Below, piece after piece: positions 38,373 to 49,449 of a stretch of 64,000 nucleotides of DNA. The position numbers and the translations under genes are program-made. Within the stretch, counting starts at the first letter, position 1, and the number at the start of each line of letters is the position of its first letter. The DNA comes from Isurus oxyrinchus (Eukaryota), in the NCBI GenBank assembly GCA_026770705.1, contig JANJGN010000646.1:1-64000 (forward strand). Direction: 5' to 3'. The notes below the pieces were generated by a model that was not told the DNA's origin, did no database searches, and saw nothing but the letters and a program-made list of their open reading frames with translations.

Positions 38373-39417
38373 TGTGATGAAACTATGATATTTTTCAGAA
38401 TAATATTGTCGGCTTATGGGAATGAATGTAGATGGTTCCGTCTGCGGGTCTGATTTAATTGAATTCGAGTCAGATCAACTGTGAGGTTAAAACTATCAAT
38501 AGAGTTTGGTGCAAAGCAGACTTCTGAAATGGGGATGGACAAGCTAGGATGAGGGTTCCACAGAAAAGCTGTAAATGAAATTTTAGATCAGTAAAGAGAA
38601 TGTTTGATTGTCAAAGGGTAGTTGGGTGTTTATAATTAACAAGATAACCAGGGCAAGGTTACTATGTGTATTCTTCCCAAAAGGAATGGGCCATATTGAC
38701 AACATGAAAGATTTTTATATTATGGGAAAAGTGTATTTCCCAAGACAGGTGCAACAATGGGATTTTATACATTGGAGAGAGAGAAACCAACATAAAGAAG
38801 GATGGAATGTTATGTGGGAGGGGGACATGAATTTCTTGAAAGGTACAGTAGGTGAAGACAGGTGCTGCTGTTCCATTGCACATTGTGTTGAAGGTGCAGC
38901 TTACATCCACACGCTTGCCTGCAATAATTTCAGCAGGGAATATCATGGGTTTATCTGTGAAATCAAACAGACAGGGAATGGATCCTTTTAGGTAAAACGT
39001 TTCTGTTCACTTTTGCTGCTCCAGTGCTTATAGGTGTGTTAAAAGACTTTGGAATTACACTGTCAAGTGGGTGCTGCAGTAACCTTGCTGGATTCCCATT
39101 TCCATTTAAGATTTATTGGGATTGTTGCCTTCAAGGGGGTGTGTAGTTGGAAATTAGGTTAATGAGAAATTTTGGAATTTGTTCTAATATCAAGTAACTG
39201 TAATCTTCTGTATGTGTTTGAATGTTTCTTCTTTTGTTAATACATTTCTTAATATAATTTTAAAATATCTAAAGGTGTTAGTGGACTCAATTCTTATGCA
39301 TTCACATCATAAGCCTTCTCTCAACAAATGTAAATGGCAAAACCATTGTGGTAGCTTGGCCAAGTTCCCTTTGTGGATTCTCTCCACCTGGCACACATCA
39401 CCTGCCATGTCATAACA
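38373..39417 (+). mobile_element. Solo LTR in the V-C2 intron of gene C, containing a captured Ig exon fragment
   Basis: TG...CA, imperfect 4-bp TSD (ATGT/GTGT), absent from the paralogous introns, homologous to 7063-8014. Confidence 0.75.
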
Positions 39418-40429
39418 GTGTTATTATGTAAACGTCAGAGTTTGTGTTATTTCCCATTGAGTGTTGGATGTGAATTGTTGAGTAATTATAACACAGCACT
39501 TACCAGAAACGTGAAGCTGGGTTACAGGGTAATAGTTATGGCTCGGACCATTGTCAAATTCTATTCTGAAAAAATAAGGTCCTGCATCTTCCCGTCTGAT
39601 GTTGTTTATAATCAGTGAACAGTCACCATCTTTCAGGTCTCCAGACAGCCGGGTCCGATGCCGGAACAGTGGTAACTCGTGACTGTGATCCTTGGAGTGA
39701 AAGGCTATAAAGAATCTTATCAGGACTTTGTCATTAAATCAGATTCCAATTTGTGGTTGGTTTTCCAGACACGATGGATAACTGTAATGACATGGAATCT
39801 GTACACACGAATATTCCTGCGCTGTCACCTCTCGTGGAGTGTCACCTTTCCACTCTTGTGACAGTCCAACTGGGGAGAGAAATCTAAATATTTAACTCTG
39901 GATAGTTTGTAGATCCACTAGACTCGATATCCACCCCCTCCATCACTGGGGCACAGTGGCTGCAGTGTGGACCATCTACAGGACACACAGGGATCTCCCC
40001 AATGTATCACAATGGATAGAAGAGAATCCTGGACACAGGAGTGGACAAGTTCATTCTACATTGGCTCATGGTCCTCAGGACCCTGTTTAGTGAAGCCAGT
40101 CTTCCACCCAACACAGTGTCTACAAGATACACAGGGAAACTGTGTAAATATCTCATCTCTCTACACTGACGGTTTACCTTTCAGTTAATTCATTTCGTTA
40201 TGGTGAAACTGTGCAAGAAGTGTGAGGGCTGGACCCTCTGTCTATTCTGAATGCTGCTGTGATGTAATCATGGCCTCTCAGGGAATGGACTATCGGAGTT
40301 AATTCATCCCTGAATTTTGATTTTGAATTCCAGAGCTCAGGGCCCAGGCAGCTGAAGGCACGGCCGCCAATAATGGAATGATGGGAATCGGGGGATGGTC
40401 AAGATGCTGGAATTGGAGGAGTGCAGAGA

Positions 40430-40760
40430 TCTCGGAGGGTTGTAGGTACTGGAGGAGATTACAGAAATAGGGAGGGTTGTAATGGTGGACGAGGTTACAG
40501 AGAAAGGGAGGTTTGTAGGGGCTGGAGAAATTAACAGAGATAGCGAAGGATATAGGGGCTGGAGTTGGTTAAAGAGTTAGGGAGAGTGGTAGGGGCTGGA
40601 GGAGGTTACTGAGATAGGGAGGATTGTAGGAGCAGGGCAAGGTTACAGAGGTAGGGAGTAATATATGTGCTGAAAGATGTTACAGAGATAGGGAGGTTGG
40701 TATGGGCTGGAGGAGGTAACATGGATAGGGAGAGTTGCAAAATTTTGGAGGGATTTCTAC
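40430..40760 (+). repeat. Degenerate GA-rich minisatellite (GGGGCTGGAGGAGGTTACAGAGATAGGGAG-like)
   Basis: About 10 diverged tandem units; single copy at the paralogous sites (~36000, ~47990). Confidence 0.7.
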
Positions 40761-41116
40761 AGGATGACCTGGATTTTAATTTTCTGTTGCTGTCAGACAG
40801 GGAGTCAGTGAATATCAGTGATCACAGGGGTGATGGGTGAATGGGACTTGGTCTGAGTTTATACACTGGCTCACTGCTGAATCGGTTCCCAATCACAGCT
40901 CAATAAGAATGATCTTTTACAAAGACTATTAACCATAAATCTGTCCGAGCTGACGATGATATTAGCTTGGAGAACTGACAGGAGGAAGTAAGATCATTGT
41001 CCACTCGCAGATATTTCATCAGCTTCTCACTCTCAAGCTGTGAAAAAGAAAGGAGTTAATGAGACCTCACCTCTTGTCCGACAGCTCTCCAGAGATCAGA
41101 ACTGCTTTTAGACAAT

Positions 41117-41753
41117 GGGCAGAGTTTCGCTGTCGGTGAGCAGGGGGCAGGGGTGCAGTGAATTCAGCTGAGGGCCCGCCGACCTGTCAATGGCCAATTG
41201 AAGCCATTGACAGGAACATTTAAACAATGAACCGACCTGCCGGTCCAACCTTAAGGCTGGTGGGCAGGGCAGGAGCTCCAGCGACAACTAGAGAAAACAT
41301 GAAACCTCATCCACCGGCGGGACGAGGATTCATGTCGGTTTTAAAAGAGTTTATTAAAGTTTTGGTGCAGTTTATTAACATGTCCCATCTCGAGTGACAC
41401 TGTCACGTGAGGGGGACATGTTGAGGATTTTTTTATTTTTCTATTTTGATTGTTTGAAAACCTTTCAGCGATCTCCCTGAGGCAGCACTGAGCCTCAGGG
41501 TGATGTGGGCTTTATCATGCGCATGTGTGACAGAGCGCACTCTCGCATTTGGGGAATGTCCCCACCCCCACCCCCCACCCCCGGCCCACACAGGAAGGGC
41601 ATAGCCCTTCCCGCCGGACATCACGCTGGGTGGGCCTTAATTGGCACGCCCACTTAAAATGGCGGCGGGTCCCGCTTCTCCGGTGGGGATTGGCTCCCCG
41701 CCCGCTGGAGATTGGGTCAGGCCCACCCGCTCGACAGGCTGGAAATTCAGCCC
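41117..41753. mobile_element. Non-autonomous DNA transposon (MITE; PIF/Harbinger-like)
   Basis: Imperfect 12-bp TIR GGGCAGAGTTTC / GAAATTCAGCCC, 3-bp AAT duplication, empty site TAGACAATGTC in the paralogues. Confidence 0.7.
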
Positions 41754-42419
41754 AATGTCTTCACAGACTAATTTGATTCTCTGTGGGATGATAGTTGCTC
41801 TGCAGAGAGTTACAAGGCTTTAAGAAAGAAAAACAATGAAAGACTTGCATTTCTATAGCACCTTTCACCACCTCAGGACGCCCCCAAGCTCATGTCTCTG
41901 CACTTCCCTCATCCCTTGAGCTAGAAAGATTTTCTGTACAACAGACTTGAGCCTCACACCCTGATCTCAATAATCAGTAGAAATCTTTCAAAGGCATCAA
42001 TCATTGGAATCTGTCTTTATAAAGTCACAACATCAACAAAGGACGGTGTTGGTCGTGGAAGTGAATTCCAATCGTTCCGTTACTTACCCAGGACCTGTCC
42101 GACTGCTCGCCTGGGGAGGAACTGCCCACACGCTCTGCTTGGGCTGAATGACCTCTTCCTGTGCTGCCCCCTCTGTGTATTTAATGAGAAAGGGTTGATG
42201 TGTCTCTGTGAGACAAAATGAGGAAGTAGTAAAGGAGTGAGTAAACAGGCATTAGGAATGAGTGCGTAATTTCACAATGCGTTACAACAGAATCAAACTG
42301 TTGGCAATTCATCATGACTCTGTGATCTTTCTGTTTGCTGTTTGTTAACTTCAAATTTCTACCATGGCTCTGAGGGTTTATATTTAAAAATGCTGTTGGA
42401 GGAGAAATACTAAGCATGT

Positions 42420-43090
42420 TCTGCACTGTCGGAGGGTCAGTATTGTTGGAGTGCTACCCTGTTAGAGGGTCAGTACTGAGGCAGTGCTGCACTGTTGGCG
42501 CGTCAGTATTGAGGTATGCTGCACTGATGGAGGATAAGCAGCGAGGGAGTGCTGCTCTGTTTGAGGGACAGCTGTGAGGGAGTTCTGCACTGTCAGAGTG
42601 TTGGCACTGAGGGAGTGCTGCACTGTCGGCCGGTCAGAACTGAGGGAGTGCTGCACTGTTGGAGGGTCTAAACTGAGAGAGTGCTGCACCCGTTGGAGGG
42701 TCTGAACTGAGGGAGTGCTGCACTGCTGGAGGGTCTAAACTGAGGGAGTGCTGCACTGCTGGAGGGTCTGAACTGAGGGAGTGCTGCACTGTCAGAAGGT
42801 CTGAACTGAGGGAGTGCTGCACTGCTGGAGGGTCTGAACTGAGGGAGTGCTGCACTGTTGGAGGGTCTGAACTGAGGGAGTGCTGCACTGCTGGAGGGTC
42901 TGAACTGAGGGAATGCTGCACTGCTGGAGGGTCTAAACTGAGGGAGTGCTGCACTGTTGGAGGGTCTAAACTGAGGGAGTGCTGCACTGTTGGAGGGTCT
43001 GATCTGAAGGAGTGCTGCACTGCTGGAGGGTCTGAACTGAGGGAATGCTGCACTGCTGGAGGGTCTGAACAGAGGGAGTGCTGCACTGTC
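42420..43090 (+). repeat. 33-bp minisatellite, variant unit (GAACTGAGGGAGTGCTGCACTGCTGGAGGGTCT)
   Basis: Tandem units at the position paralogous to 28660-30165. Confidence 0.9.
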
Positions 43091-44514
43091 TAAAATACAT
43101 TGCACAAATTGCACAAAATTGCATCTGATGTCAGTGTCTGATGCACACATGAAGTTCATGCATTTATCAGGAATATTTCTCTCTCTTTCTGAGCAGCAAG
43201 ACAGCTTTGATATCACACCACCCACTGGCAATTGTGTGCAGCTGCAATGTGACGTGTTTACATTGAAAATTTCCATTACAAAGATGGGCACAGGAATTCA
43301 TCTGACTGGAAAAAGTGACAACATGAAGTAATGTCTTTGAGCCAAGAATCTGGCAGCAAAATAAGAATTTTAATCCATAAGTATCTACAGAACAGGCTGA
43401 GCATTTTAATCACTTGTGTTAATCAATGTAATTTTATTCATAACCCAAATGCTTCTTACAATCTATTGCAGCATGAAAAAGGTGCAGCATTCAGAAAGCA
43501 CATTCCAATCAGAGAACAGAGTTTAGCAATGTCACATTTCTGTTCATTCCTATTCGACCATGTTGGCTGCACACAGCCAGACAATGCCGTGGTTATGATG
43601 TGTCCACACAGCAGGACTGGGGAGCACCAGGTATAAGGAAAAGTTTCAGCTTGCTGAGGAGAAGAAGGAGAATCTCTCGTTGCAGGTTTCTCTCCGTACA
43701 TTAAGAAGCAGGCATGCCGATGTTTCATTGCACTCTGTCTGCTGATGGGAGTCCGCTTGGAAATTGCTGTTTGTGCTGATGGAAAGAATAAGCTTTTCAT
43801 AAATCGAGGGATTGAATACAAACACAGGGAGGTTATGCTGAACATTTATAAAGCTCTGGTTAGGTCACAACTAGAGTATTGTGTCCAGTTCTGGTCTCCC
43901 CACTTTGGGAAGGAAGTGAGGGTCCTTGAGAGGGTGGGGAGGAGATTGAGCAGAATGGGTCCAGGGATGAGGGATTTTAGCTACAAGGTTGGGTTGGAGA
44001 AGCTGGGGTTGTTCTCCTTGGAGCAAAGGAGATTGAGGGGGGATCTGATCGAGGTGTACAAGATGATGATGGGTTTAGATAATGTAGACAAAGACAAGCT
44101 GTTGCCATTAGCTGATGGTACAAGGACTGGGGGACACAGATTGAAGGTTTTGGGCAGAGGAGGATGTGAGGACGAACTTTTTTACACAGCAAGTGGTAAT
44201 GAGCTGGAATTCGCTGCCTACGAGGATGGTGGAAGTGGAGACGATGAACGATTTCAAAAGGAAATTGGATGGACACTTGAGGGGAAATAAACTCACAGGG
44301 ATACAGGGATAGAGCGGGGGAATGGGACTGACTGGATTGCTCTACAGAGAGACAGCATGGACTCAATGGGCTCAATGGGCTCCCACTGTGCTGGAATGCC
44401 TCTCTGATACGAAGGTGATTCTAACCAGGACACTGACCAGTTTCTTTACAATTTAACCCAACATCACACGTTATTTGTCCGCACTGACTGACCAGATTGT
44501 TGCTGTACAAAGCT

Positions 44515-44654
44515 TCAAACAGTCTGTCGACTTCCTTTCACTGTTTGTCTCTCCCAGACACAGACTCCAGCGATAGTGATAACCACAGCCACAAGGAATA
44601 TCACAGCTCGTATTCCCAGGATCAGGATCACGTGCAGAATCTCTCCTCCACTGT
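44515..44654 (-). CDS. Arg-containing TM + short tail exon, identical to 31579-31718
   Basis: Direct sequence comparison; intact acceptor. Confidence 0.85.
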
Positions 44655-47600
44655 CTAGAGAACACACAGAAAGAAATCATCACTGACTCTCCGCTTTCAA
44701 TCTCTCACTCTGGCTGAACAATCAAGCTTCATATCACTGCAACATTTGCTGTAATATTGACCCATCCACTGGGATTCAATGTGGAATGAATGTTTTCATT
44801 GTAAACACTCTAAGAGTGGACAATCGGAACTTTCCCCTTAGCGTGGAACATTGGTGAGAATGGATCATTGTGCTGTTGGACTCCCTGTCCAATGTTTCTC
44901 TCCATCGCTGTGTACAGGATTGTGCTGTAGAAAATTCTGGAAACGTTTAGTGCAGGGTGGAAATCCATCTCGGACGCGTGTGCAAATCAAGCAGGATCGA
45001 GATGGACTCCCCCATGAACTTACACCCCCCGCTTAATAAACAGTTCCAATCTTTACCCAGAGAGAGGGGAGAATGTGGAACTCGATCCCACAGGGAGTGG
45101 TTGAGGTGAACAGTATCGATGTATTTAAGGGGCAGGAGGGTCGGTAACCAGAGGGACACAGATTGACGAACCGGAGGGGGAGATGAGGAGAATTTGTTTT
45201 GACAGAGCGAGTTGTTGTGATCTGGAAGGTGCTGCCTGAAAGGGCGGTGGAAGCAGATTCAATAGGAACTTTCAAAAGGGAAATTGGATAAACACTTGAA
45301 GGAGGAAGATGGGGGCAAAGTGGAGTGGTGGTTAGTGGATCTGATGGGATAGAACATTGAAAGACCTGGCACAGGCTCAATGGGCTGAATGGCCTCCTCC
45401 TGTGCTGTATCATTCTCCGCTTCCATGATCTCTCCCCCAGTCAGTAACCACTCCAGATCCCTCTTGAAGGTGACAGAGAAACAGCAACCACCACACCCAC
45501 TGACAGCACATTCCCGAGGATCACTACTCTCTGGGAAAAGATGACCTCCCCAACATCCAGCCTATTCCTGCTTCCCGGAGAGTGTAAACACTTCAGGGAG
45601 GCGCTGAGGAAGTTTTCAATAAAATGAATTATCAAATCTACCGTTTGAGAAATAATTGAATTCCGATGAACTCCCAGCTTGTGTAGCAAACTGGGAAGTA
45701 GATTTGCTTGAAAAGCTGGGAAACACAAGGATTAAGTGCTACAATGCCACCACTGGTGGGAGGCTGTAACTACAGTGTGACGTTTACATAGGCAGTCATC
45801 ACTATAAACAGGGGCTTTGGACATAATGGGCACGGAAATAGTGAGAACAGGATGTAAGCTTTTCATCAGCAGGAATTCTCTTACTAAACCTCTCCACCTC
45901 TCTCTTACTCTCAGATTCACAAAAAAATCACAGAATCAGATAAAGAGGAGTTGGGACTAGTTATTCGTCAACGGGTTAGGTTTCAGGTAGCTCCTTAAAG
46001 GGAGAGAGAGAGTTGTAGAAGCAGAGAGTATCTATGAGTGCCTCTATGCATCTGAGTGTTTGTACGAGTAATTTCCATATTCTTCTATAAATATGAATGG
46101 GAACACAAATCCCAGAATTCAGCCCACGCTCCAGTGCAGTACTGAGGGAGGTCAGGTAACCCATGAGGGAGTCTTGTGCTAGTGTGTTTGTTTGTGAGTG
46201 TGTCTTTGTGTGTGGTCATATATGTGTGTCTGCACGTGTCTATTTAGGTCTGTACGTTTGAGGGTGTTTGTGTAGTATTCGAATCTGAGAGAGATGTTGA
46301 AGTCTGTGTACACTCACATTCCACAGTAATGGTTATGAACCCCTCCACTGCTCCATGTTCATTCTCTGCCACACACTGATAGTCGCCAGTGTCCCTGGAT
46401 GTAACGTGAGGAATCACCAACCACAGCTCATTGTTGGAACTTGTTCTGTTCATTGGGACATTAAGATGTCAGGGCAGGAATCAAGAACCCCGTTCGCATG
46501 ATTACCAACAGGAAGAGAACAACAATTTATACTTAATGGGAAGACAGTGCTGATTGGTTGGCAAGTGGTCTCTGATAGGTGGAGGTGTTGCCGTGGAGAA
46601 TGCTGTTTGCAATATGAGAAGTTTAGACAGCTTGTCTCTTCATTCAGCAATAATCAAATAAAGATCAATTAACTTCTATCGACTGTGAAGCATTTTGAGA
46701 GGCATGAGAATGTGGATACTGAGAACGGGCTGCACTGTCAGAGGGTCAGCGCTGAGGGAGTGCTGATGTAGAATGAAAGATGTCGGTACAGTTAATGCTT
46801 TTCATCATTGATATTAAAGTGATTTTTAGAGGTTGCTTTAGGACTGAACTGGAAGCTATCACCAGGTTATTGAGAATCAGACAGTGTGTTATAATAAGCT
46901 GTGTTTTGTGTTATTATGTAAACGTCACAGTTTGTGTTATTTCCCATTGAGTGTTGAATGTGAATTGTTGAGTAATTATAACACAGCACTTACCAGAAAC
47001 GTGAAGCTGGGTTACAGGGTAATAGTTATGGCTCGGACCATTGTCAAATTCTATTCTGAAAAAATAAGGTCCTGCATCTTCCCGTCTGATGTTGTTTATA
47101 ATCAGGGAACAGTCGCCATCTTTCAGGTCTCCAGACAGCCGGGTACGATGGCGGAATCTTTGATCCCTGTGATTGTGACCCTCGGAGTGAAAGGCTATAG
47201 ACCATTTAGGCTGTGGGTTCCCATCTATTCCTTTCAACCAGATTCCGCACGTGATCTCCCTACGAAATTTGATAAGTAACTGTAATGACATGGAATCTGT
47301 ACATACGAACCTTCCTGCGCTGTCACCTCTCGTGGAGTGTCACCTTTCCACTCTTGTGACAGTCCAACTGGGGAGAGAAATATCAATATTTGACTCTGGA
47401 TGGTTTGTAGATCCACTAGACTCGATATCCACCCCTTCCATCACTGGGGCACAGTGGCTGCAGTGTGGACCATCTACAGGACACACAAGGAACTCCCCAA
47501 GGTTTCACAACAGATAGAAGAGAATCCTGGACACAGGAGTGGACAAGTTCATTCTACATTGGCTCATGGTCCTCAGGACCCTCTTTAGTGAAGCCAGTCT

Positions 47601-48131
47601 TCCACCCAACACAGTGTCTACAAGATAGACAGGGAAACTGTGTAAATATCTCATCTCTCAACACTGAATGGGCTGAGCTTCAGTTTAACTTTCAGTATTT
47701 TTAAATTTCCATATTGTGGTTGCTCTGGTGAAACTGTGCAGGAAGTGTGAGGGCTGGACTCTCTGTCTATTCTCACTGCAGCTGTGATGTGGTCGTGGTG
47801 ATTCTCAGTAAAATGAAACCCTCTGATCTCCTCCATCGCCGAGGTTTAGGGAGTGAATTCCAGTGCTCAGGTCCCAGGCAGCTGTAGGCACGGCCGCCGG
47901 TATTGGAGTGATGGGAATCGGGGGATGGTCAAGAGGCCAGAATTGGAGTAACACAGAGACCTGGGAACTTGATTGGTTGCGTTGCAGGAGGTTACAGAGA
48001 TAAAGAGATAAGAATGATCTTTTACAAAGACTGTTAACTATAAATCTGTCCAAGCTGACGATGATATTACCTTGGAGAAGTGACAAGAGGAAGTAGATTT
48101 CCCGATCATTGTCCACTCCCAGATATTCCAT
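44515..48131 (-). pseudogene. Gene D: activating-type Siglec-like pseudogene (SP; V 46994-47367 with 1-bp frameshift; domain-2 exon deleted; half C2 exon ~46318-46470; Arg-TM 44515-44654)
   Basis: V exon 374 nt, frame shifts at ~47247 (CGT GC GGA ATC TGG); ~0.96-kb deletion relative to gene B at ~46785. Confidence 0.8.
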
Positions 48132-49449
48132 CCACTTCTCACTCTCAAGCTGTGAAAGAGAAAGGAGTTAATGAGACCTCACCTCTTGTCCAGCACCTTT
48201 CGAGAGATCAGAACTGCTTTTAGACAATGTCTTCACAGACTAATTTGATTCTCTGTGGGATGATAGGTGCTCTGCAGAGAGTTACAAGGCTTTAAGAAAG
48301 ACAAACAATGAAGGATTTGCATTTCTATAGCACCTTTCACCACCTCAGGGCATCCCAAATCTCATGTCTCTGCACTTCCCTCATCCCCTGAGCTAGAAAG
48401 ATGTTCTGTACAACAGACTTGAGCCTCACACCCAGATCTCAATAATCAGTAGAAATCTTTCAAAGGCATCAATCATTGGAATCTGTCTTTATAAAGTCAC
48501 AACATCAACAAAAGACGGTGTTGGTGGTGGAAGTGAATTCCAATCGTTCCGTTACTTACCCAGGACCTGTCCGACTGCTCGCCTGGGGTGGAAATGCCCA
48601 CACACTCTGCTTGGGCTGAATGACCTCTTCCTGTGTTGCTCCCTCTGTGTATTTAATGAGAAAGGGTTGATGTGTCTCTGTGAGTCAAAATGAGGAAGTT
48701 GGATCAAAGTGACAGAGCAGCTCATGTTTTGAGATGTTGGTGAACTGTTAACCCTTTGTGTCCTGACCCTGTGTTGATATTTCTGCTCACAGGTGGACAG
48801 TCATTGACCAGGAGTTTCTCCTGTGGGTCAGTGGGTTTCACAGCCAAATTCAGGGGGTCAGAATGTTGTGGGATTCAAGACCCCATTCAGGGGACGTCTG
48901 CCCCACAGAGTAGACTGAAACTGCCCAGTGTCAGTACTGAGGGAGTGCTGCACTGTCGGATGGTCATTACTGCACTATTGTAAGATCAGTACTGAGGGAG
49001 ATCTCCACTGTTTGAGGGTGAGTACTGAGGGAGTGCTGCACTGTCAGAGGGACATTAATCAGGGAGTGCTGCAATGTTGGAGGATCAGTACTGAGGGAGT
49101 GCCGCACTGTTGAAGGGTCAGTATTAAGGTGCTGATTTACAAGACAGGACAATGGATTAGGAGCCCTCAGAACTCCCCCCGTGATTTCCAATCATTCCGT
49201 TACTTACCCCGGACCTGTCCGACTGCTCGTTGGGGAGGAACTACCCACACGCTCTGCTTGGGCTGAATGACCTCTTCCTGTGCTGCTCCCTATTTGTGTT
49301 TAATTAAAAAGTTTGGATGTGTCACTGTGAGTCAAAATGAGGAAGTGCTTGGTACCAAGTGAGAAAGCAGCTCTTTGCCTCGCACTGTTAGAAAACTGTT
49401 AACCCTTTACGTGCCAAGAATGTTTTTGAAGGGCCATTGACTGTTCACA

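Larger units (their letters stand above)
37833..40997 (-). pseudogene. Gene C: truncated Siglec-like pseudogene (SP, V 39504-39869, C2 37833-38120; no TM of its own)
   Basis: TGG->TGA at the C-strand Trp (39739-39741); SP exon has a deletion and its donor GT is changed to CT (~40965). Confidence 0.85.

Noticed and set aside
26607-47367. V exons as rearranging Ig/TCR/IgNAR segments
   Set aside because: Each V exon includes its G strand and ends in a GT donor. No RSS was seen at the ends, and the Cys pattern is Siglec-type with no F-strand YYC.
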